This document shows, piece after piece, positions 59,783-64,000 of a stretch of 64,000 nucleotides of DNA. Under the pieces are notes generated by a model. The model saw only the letters and a list, made by a program, of their open reading frames with translations. It had not been told where the DNA came from and did no database searches. The stretch lies in assembly GCA_963830735.1 (NCBI GenBank), contig CAWHNG010000003.1:209989-273988 (forward strand), given 5' to 3'. The first letter of the stretch is position 1. Each line of letters starts with the position of its first letter. A program made the position numbers and the translations under genes. Source of the DNA: an uncultured Actinomycetota bacterium (GTDB taxonomy: Bacteria > Actinomycetota > Actinomycetes > Propionibacteriales > Nocardioidaceae).

Positions 59783-61039
59783 ATGAGTACGCCGAGCGCG
59801 GACGCCGCGGACGATGCGGACCTCGGGGCGGACGTCGGGTCCGCGGCCGTCGACTGCGCAGGCCACTCGAGTGTCGTCTTCGACCCGACCCTGACCGACT
59901 ACGACTTCGGGCCCCACCACCCGATGGCGCCGGTGCGGGTGGACCTCACGATGCGGCTCGCCACCGAGCTCGGTGTCGTCGGCGGGGCGAGCGGCCTGGC
60001 CTGCGTGGCGGCGCCGATGGCGAGCGACGACCTCATCGCCACCGTCCACGACCCCGCGCTGATCGAGGCCGTCCAGCGGATGAGCGACCGGCCGGGCCCC
60101 GGCGAGGAGCTCCGCGGGCTAGGGACCGAGGACAATCCCGTCTTCAAGGGGATGCACCACGCCGCCGCGCACGTGGTCGGGGCGAGCCAGGAGGCGTGCC
60201 GCCAGGTCTGGACGGGGGAGAGCCTCCACAGCGCCAACATCACGGGTGGGCTCCACCACGCCATGCCCGACCGGGCCAGCGGGTTCTGCATCTACAACGA
60301 CGTGGCGGTCGGCATCCGGTGGCTGCTCGACCAGGGCGCCGAGCGGGTGGCCTACGTCGACGTCGACGTGCACCACGGCGACGGTGTCGAGCAGATCTTC
60401 TACGACGATCCGCGCGTGCTCACGATCTCGCTGCACGAGTCCGGTCAGTTCCTCTTCCCGGGCACGGGCTTCCCGGCCGACCACGGCGGACCCGACGCGC
60501 AGGGCACCGCGGTCAACGTCGCACTGCCACCGGGTACCAGCGACGCCGGCTGGCTGCGGGCGTTCCACGCCGTCGTGCCGCCCCTCGTGCGCGCGTTCGC
60601 TCCCGACGTCCTGGTGACCCAGCACGGCTGCGACTCGCACGCGGACGACCCGCTCGCACACCTGCTGCTCAGCATCGACGGGCAGCGGGCGGCGTACCTC
60701 GCCCTCCACGACCTCGCGCACGAGGTCTCCGGCGGCCGCTGGGTCGCGACCGGCGGCGGCGGGTACGCCGTCACGACGGTCGTGCCCCGCGCGTGGACCC
60801 ACCTCCTGGCCACGGTCGGCGGGCGGCCCCTGGACGCCGCGACGGCGGTCCCGGAGGCCTGGCGCGAGCACGTCGCCGCGCTCTTCGGTACGACGACGCC
60901 GGCGCTCATGTCCGACCAGCGCCCGGTCCGCTACCGGCCGTGGGAGGAGGGCTACGACCCCGAGGCGTGGCTCGACCGGGCCGTCCACGCGACGCGGTCG
61001 GAGATCTTCCCGCTGCACGGTCTCGACCCGATGCCGTGA
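59783..61039 (+). CDS. acuC: Acetoin utilization protein AcuC / histone deacetylase family
   Basis: HPMAP, GGLHHA, SGFCIYND, DVDVHHGDG, SLHE, HGCD, GGGGY. Confidence 0.9.
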   Translation: MSTPSADAADDADLGADVGSAAVDCAGHSSVVFDPTLTDYDFGPHHPMAPVRVDLTMRLATELGVVGGASGLACVAAPMASDDLIATVHDPALIEAVQRMSDRPGPGEELRGLGTEDNPVFKGMHHAAAHVVGASQEACRQVWTGESLHSANITGGLHHAMPDRASGFCIYNDVAVGIRWLLDQGAERVAYVDVDVHHGDGVEQIFYDDPRVLTISLHESGQFLFPGTGFPADHGGPDAQGTAVNVALPPGTSDAGWLRAFHAVVPPLVRAFAPDVLVTQHGCDSHADDPLAHLLLSIDGQRAAYLALHDLAHEVSGGRWVATGGGGYAVTTVVPRAWTHLLATVGGRPLDAATAVPEAWREHVAALFGTTTPALMSDQRPVRYRPWEEGYDPEAWLDRAVHATRSEIFPLHGLDPMP

Positions 61040-61226
61040 CCTCGCGGGGCGTCCGTCCGACTTGATCGACGGGGCTAAGGTCAAGACGACACGCCGAGAT
61101 CTCATAAGTTTCAGTGGGTTACCCCTTCCCCACGAGTCACATCTAGCCCTATTCTCACGGCCAGAGGCGTCCGCAGATCACCGCTGGGGAAGGCGGTGAC
61201 GGATGTCCAGAAAGTGTGGGTTGGCC

Positions 61227-61442
61227 ATGGCACCCTCGCCGCGCGAGCGTTCCGAGTCCCTTCCGGACCCGAAATTCCTGACCATCGCCGAAGTGGCGAC
61301 GATGATGCGCGTCTCGAAGATGACCGTCTACCGACTGGTCCACAACGGGGACCTGCCAGCCCACCGCGTCGGTCGTTCGTTCCGGGTCACCGAGGAAGAC
61401 GTCAACGACTACCTCCGCAAGTCTTTCTTCAATGCTGGTTAG
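61227..61442 (+). CDS. Small excisionase-like HTH DNA-binding protein (Rv0500A-like)
   Basis: FLTIAEVATMMRVSKMTVYRLVHNGDLPAHRVGRSFRV. Confidence 0.88.
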   Translation: MAPSPRERSESLPDPKFLTIAEVATMMRVSKMTVYRLVHNGDLPAHRVGRSFRVTEEDVNDYLRKSFFNAG

Positions 61443-61456
61443 GCGCGACGCGTTGG

Positions 61457-61550
61457 TAGATTTCCCCGGTCGACCGGGGAAATCTGACCTTGTCGGGCAA
61501 AATTTAGCCGGACATCATCAGGAATCCCCGGTCGACCGGGGAATTCTGAC
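61457..61550. repeat. REP-like doublet: two CCCCGGTCGACCGGGG palindromes around a 37-bp linker
   Basis: 61458-61485 and 61518-61549; homologous to 40500-40568. Confidence 0.9.
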
Positions 61551-61735
61551 GCCCGCCACTGGGCCGCGACACCCGCACCGGTCGAGTTGAGGCGCCCGCG
61601 ACCTCCGTGGTCCACCTCACGAGTCCTGATTCTCCACAGTGTCCAGGTCCCCGATAGGCTGACCCGGTCCTCCGGCCACCGTTGGGGCGACGTCGATCGA
61701 CAGCCGGGAGAGCCCGGCGCTCTGAGAGGTTCCAC

Positions 61736-61837
61736 GTGGGTTCTGTCATCAAGAAGCGGCGCAAGCGCATGGCCAAGAAGAAGCACCGCAAGCTTCTGAA
61801 GAAGACGCGGGTGCAGCGCCGCAAGCTCGGCAAGTAA
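61736..61837 (+). CDS. 33-aa basic small ribosomal protein bS22 (AURKAIP1/COX24 domain), absent from the ORF track
   Basis: GTG..TAA reading [33 protein letters not shown]; RBS GAGAGG; same order as Rv0500A-Rv0500B-Rv0501. Confidence 0.93.
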   Translation: MGSVIKKRRKRMAKKKHRKLLKKTRVQRRKLGK

Positions 61838-61876
61838 CGCAACCACGCTCCACCTCACCGAAGGGTCACCTCGGAG

Positions 61877-62953
61877 ATGGCTGATGCAGGCGGTCGCACC
61901 GTGCTCGTCACGGGAGTTTCCCGTGACCTCGGCCGGACGTTCGCGCGTACCCTCGCGTCGGACCCCGGCGTCGACCGGGTGATCGGCGTCGACGTCATCC
62001 CCCCGCGGGGAGACATCGGCGACGTGTCGTTCGTCCGGGCCGACATCCGGCAGCCGGTGATCGCCAAGATCCTGGCCCGGGAGGACATCGACACCGTCGT
62101 CCACATGAGCGTCATCGCCACGCCCGGCAGCGCCGGCGCGCGCGGCACGATGAAGGAGCTCAACGTCATCGGCACGATGCAGCTGCTCGCTGCGTGCCAG
62201 AAGGCCGAACGGATCAGCCGCGTGGTGGTGAAGTCGTCGACGACGGTCTACGGCGCGAGCAGTCGCGACCCCGCCATGTTCACCGAGGACATGGAGCCGC
62301 GGCGCCCGGCGCGGTCCGGCTACGCCAAGGACGTCGCGGAGGTCGAGGGCTACGTGCGCGGGTTCGCCCGTCGGCGCCCCGACGTCTCGGTCACGATGCT
62401 GCGGTGCGCCAACGTGATCGGTCCGCGGGTGGTGAGCCCGCTGTCGTCGTACTTCCGGATGCCGGTGATCCCCACCGTCCTCGGCTTCGACCCGCGGCTG
62501 CAGTTCCTCCACGAGGCCGACCTCAACCGGGTCCTCCGCCACGCGGTCCTCGCCGATGCCCACGGCACGTTCAACGTCGCCGGCGACGGCGTGATGGTGC
62601 TCTCGCAGGCCCTGCGCAGGCTCCAACGGCCCGGTCTCCCGGTGCCCGGGATCGCCGTCGGGGGGCTCGGCTCCATCCTCCGCTCGGCCCGGATCGCCGA
62701 GCTCTCGCCCGAGATGCGGGCGTTCCTCACCTTCGGTCGCGGTGTCGACACCACCCGGATGCGGGAGGTGCTCGGCTTCGAGCCCGACTACACCACCGCC
62801 AGCGCGTTCGGTGAGTTCGCAAGCACCCTCACCCCCACCGGCGGCCGCACCGACCGGCTGCTCGCGGCCGCCGCCGAGCGGCTGCCCGCCGTCGACGGTG
62901 ACAGTGCGCTGTCCCGGTCCCCTCTGACACTCGCAGGAGATCGCGATGGGTGA
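61877..62953 (+). CDS. NAD-dependent epimerase/dehydratase (Rv0501-like)
   Basis: VLVTGVS, ELNVIGT, KSSTTVYG, YAKD, RLQFLHE. Confidence 0.88.
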   Translation: MADAGGRTVLVTGVSRDLGRTFARTLASDPGVDRVIGVDVIPPRGDIGDVSFVRADIRQPVIAKILAREDIDTVVHMSVIATPGSAGARGTMKELNVIGTMQLLAACQKAERISRVVVKSSTTVYGASSRDPAMFTEDMEPRRPARSGYAKDVAEVEGYVRGFARRRPDVSVTMLRCANVIGPRVVSPLSSYFRMPVIPTVLGFDPRLQFLHEADLNRVLRHAVLADAHGTFNVAGDGVMVLSQALRRLQRPGLPVPGIAVGGLGSILRSARIAELSPEMRAFLTFGRGVDTTRMREVLGFEPDYTTASAFGEFASTLTPTGGRTDRLLAAAAERLPAVDGDSALSRSPLTLAGDRDG

Positions 62954-64000
62954 CGCCGAGATCATCCCGATCGGCACCGGCGGCCGGCCCGGCCGCGGCA
63001 CCGGCACCCGGCCCTCCTCGGCGGCGCGAGGCCTCGCCCCGCGCTCCAGGAGTACGACGCCGCCGGCCCGCTCCTCTTCCGGTGACGCCGACGAGGCGCG
63101 TCCGGACGGGTCCGCGCCCCGGCGCGCACAGCCCGCGAAGTCGCAGTCGGCCAAGTCCCCGGCTGCGAAGCCGGGGGCCGCGAGGCCGAAGGCTGCGAAG
63201 CCGAAGGCCGCAGGGGCCACCACGCACACCAAGCAGACCGGCGACACCGGCACCGACGCGACCGAGCGGCCTGCGGGCGCCGTACCCACCCTCGAGGTGA
63301 ACGACCGCGAGCCGCGCGGCAGCATCCCCGTCAGCGACTGGCTGGCGGCCTTCCAGCACGCCAGCCGCGAGCTCTTCGGCGACCAGTGGGAGCCCCAGCT
63401 CGCGCGGTTCATCGCGTTCCTGCGGCGCCGGGTGACGGGCGACTACGTCGTCGACGAGTACGGCTTCGACCAGGAGATCGCGGAGCGGTTCTTCATGACC
63501 GCGCTGCGGCCGTTGGCCCAGAAGTGGTTCCGGGTCGAGGTCCGGGGCGCGGAGAACATCCCCGCCGAGGGCGGCGCCCTGGTGGTGTCCAACCACTCCG
63601 GCACCGTGCCCGTCGACGCGCTGATGACGATGGTGTCGGTGCACGACAGCACCGGTCGCCACCTGCGCTCGCTCGGCGCCGACCTGGTCTTCAAGATGCC
63701 GATGGTCGGCTCGGTCGCCCGCAAGGGCGGTGCGACCCTGGCCTGCAACGAGGACGCGGAGCGGATGCTGCGTGGCGGCGAGCTCGTGGGCGTGTGGCCG
63801 GAGGGCTTCAAGGGCATCGGCAAGCCGTTCTCGGAGCGCTACAAGCTCCAGCGGTTCGGGCGGGGCGGATTCGTGTCCGCGGCGCTGCGCACCGGCGTAC
63901 CCATCATCCCGTTGTCCGTCGTGGGGGCCGAGGAGATCTACCCCCTCGTCGGCAACGTCCCCTCCCTCGCGCGCCTGCTCGGGATCCCCTACATCCCGAT
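62946..64000 (+). CDS. Lysophospholipid acyltransferase family protein (Rv0502-like), 3' end truncated
   Basis: ATG at 62946; long Ala/Pro/Lys linker; VDEYGFD, VSNHSG, WPEGFKG, RFGRGGF, GAEE. Confidence 0.85.
   Translation, partial: MGDAEIIPIGTGGRPGRGTGTRPSSAARGLAPRSRSTTPPARSSSGDADEARPDGSAPRRAQPAKSQSAKSPAAKPGAARPKAAKPKAAGATTHTKQTGDTGTDATERPAGAVPTLEVNDREPRGSIPVSDWLAAFQHASRELFGDQWEPQLARFIAFLRRRVTGDYVVDEYGFDQEIAERFFMTALRPLAQKWFRVEVRGAENIPAEGGALVVSNHSGTVPVDALMTMVSVHDSTGRHLRSLGADLVFKMPMVGSVARKGGATLACNEDAERMLRGGELVGVWPEGFKGIGKPFSERYKLQRFGRGGFVSAALRTGVPIIPLSVVGAEEIYPLVGNVPSLARLLGIPYIP

Noticed and set aside
61227-61442. Prophage/ICE excisionase
   Set aside because: No integrase, att/tRNA or phage genes; its position matches the conserved chromosomal Rv0500A-type gene.

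Overview
High-GC actinobacterial chromosome, most likely Nocardioides or a relative (inferred from gene content and repeat style). It is mostly conserved core genome: thiamine/iron-type ABC transporter, ppa-dacB-tilS-hpt-ftsH-folE/P/B/K, an osmoprotectant ABC system, panG-like/panC/panD/nadB/nadC/coaX, lsr2-clpC, mutY-disA-radA, ppx, proline dehydrogenase-proC, acuC, a 33-aa bS22-type ribosomal protein missed by the ORF track, and an epimerase plus acyltransferase at the right edge. I found no transposase, integrase, tRNA, rRNA or CRISPR array. The most interesting signals are non-coding or accessory. (1) Several intergenic palindromic and inverted-tandem repeat elements (an 88-bp hairpin in three copies, 22-bp and 32-bp inverted tandem arrays, a 32-bp perfect palindrome doublet), most sharing a GA(A/G)TCG core, with no mobilising enzyme in the window. 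(2) A structured leader of the pantothenate/NAD/CoA operon with two mutually exclusive stems, one of which buries the ribosome-binding site (riboswitch-like). (3) A glycosyltransferase-sulfotransferase-glycosyltransferase cassette and a separate heparan-sulfate-type sulfotransferase. (4) Small regulator/operator pairs. (5) Pervasive leaderless genes, including an interlocked divergent pair only 3 bp apart. Many start codons were re-chosen by hand; all structure and function claims come from manual reading and are unverified by computation.
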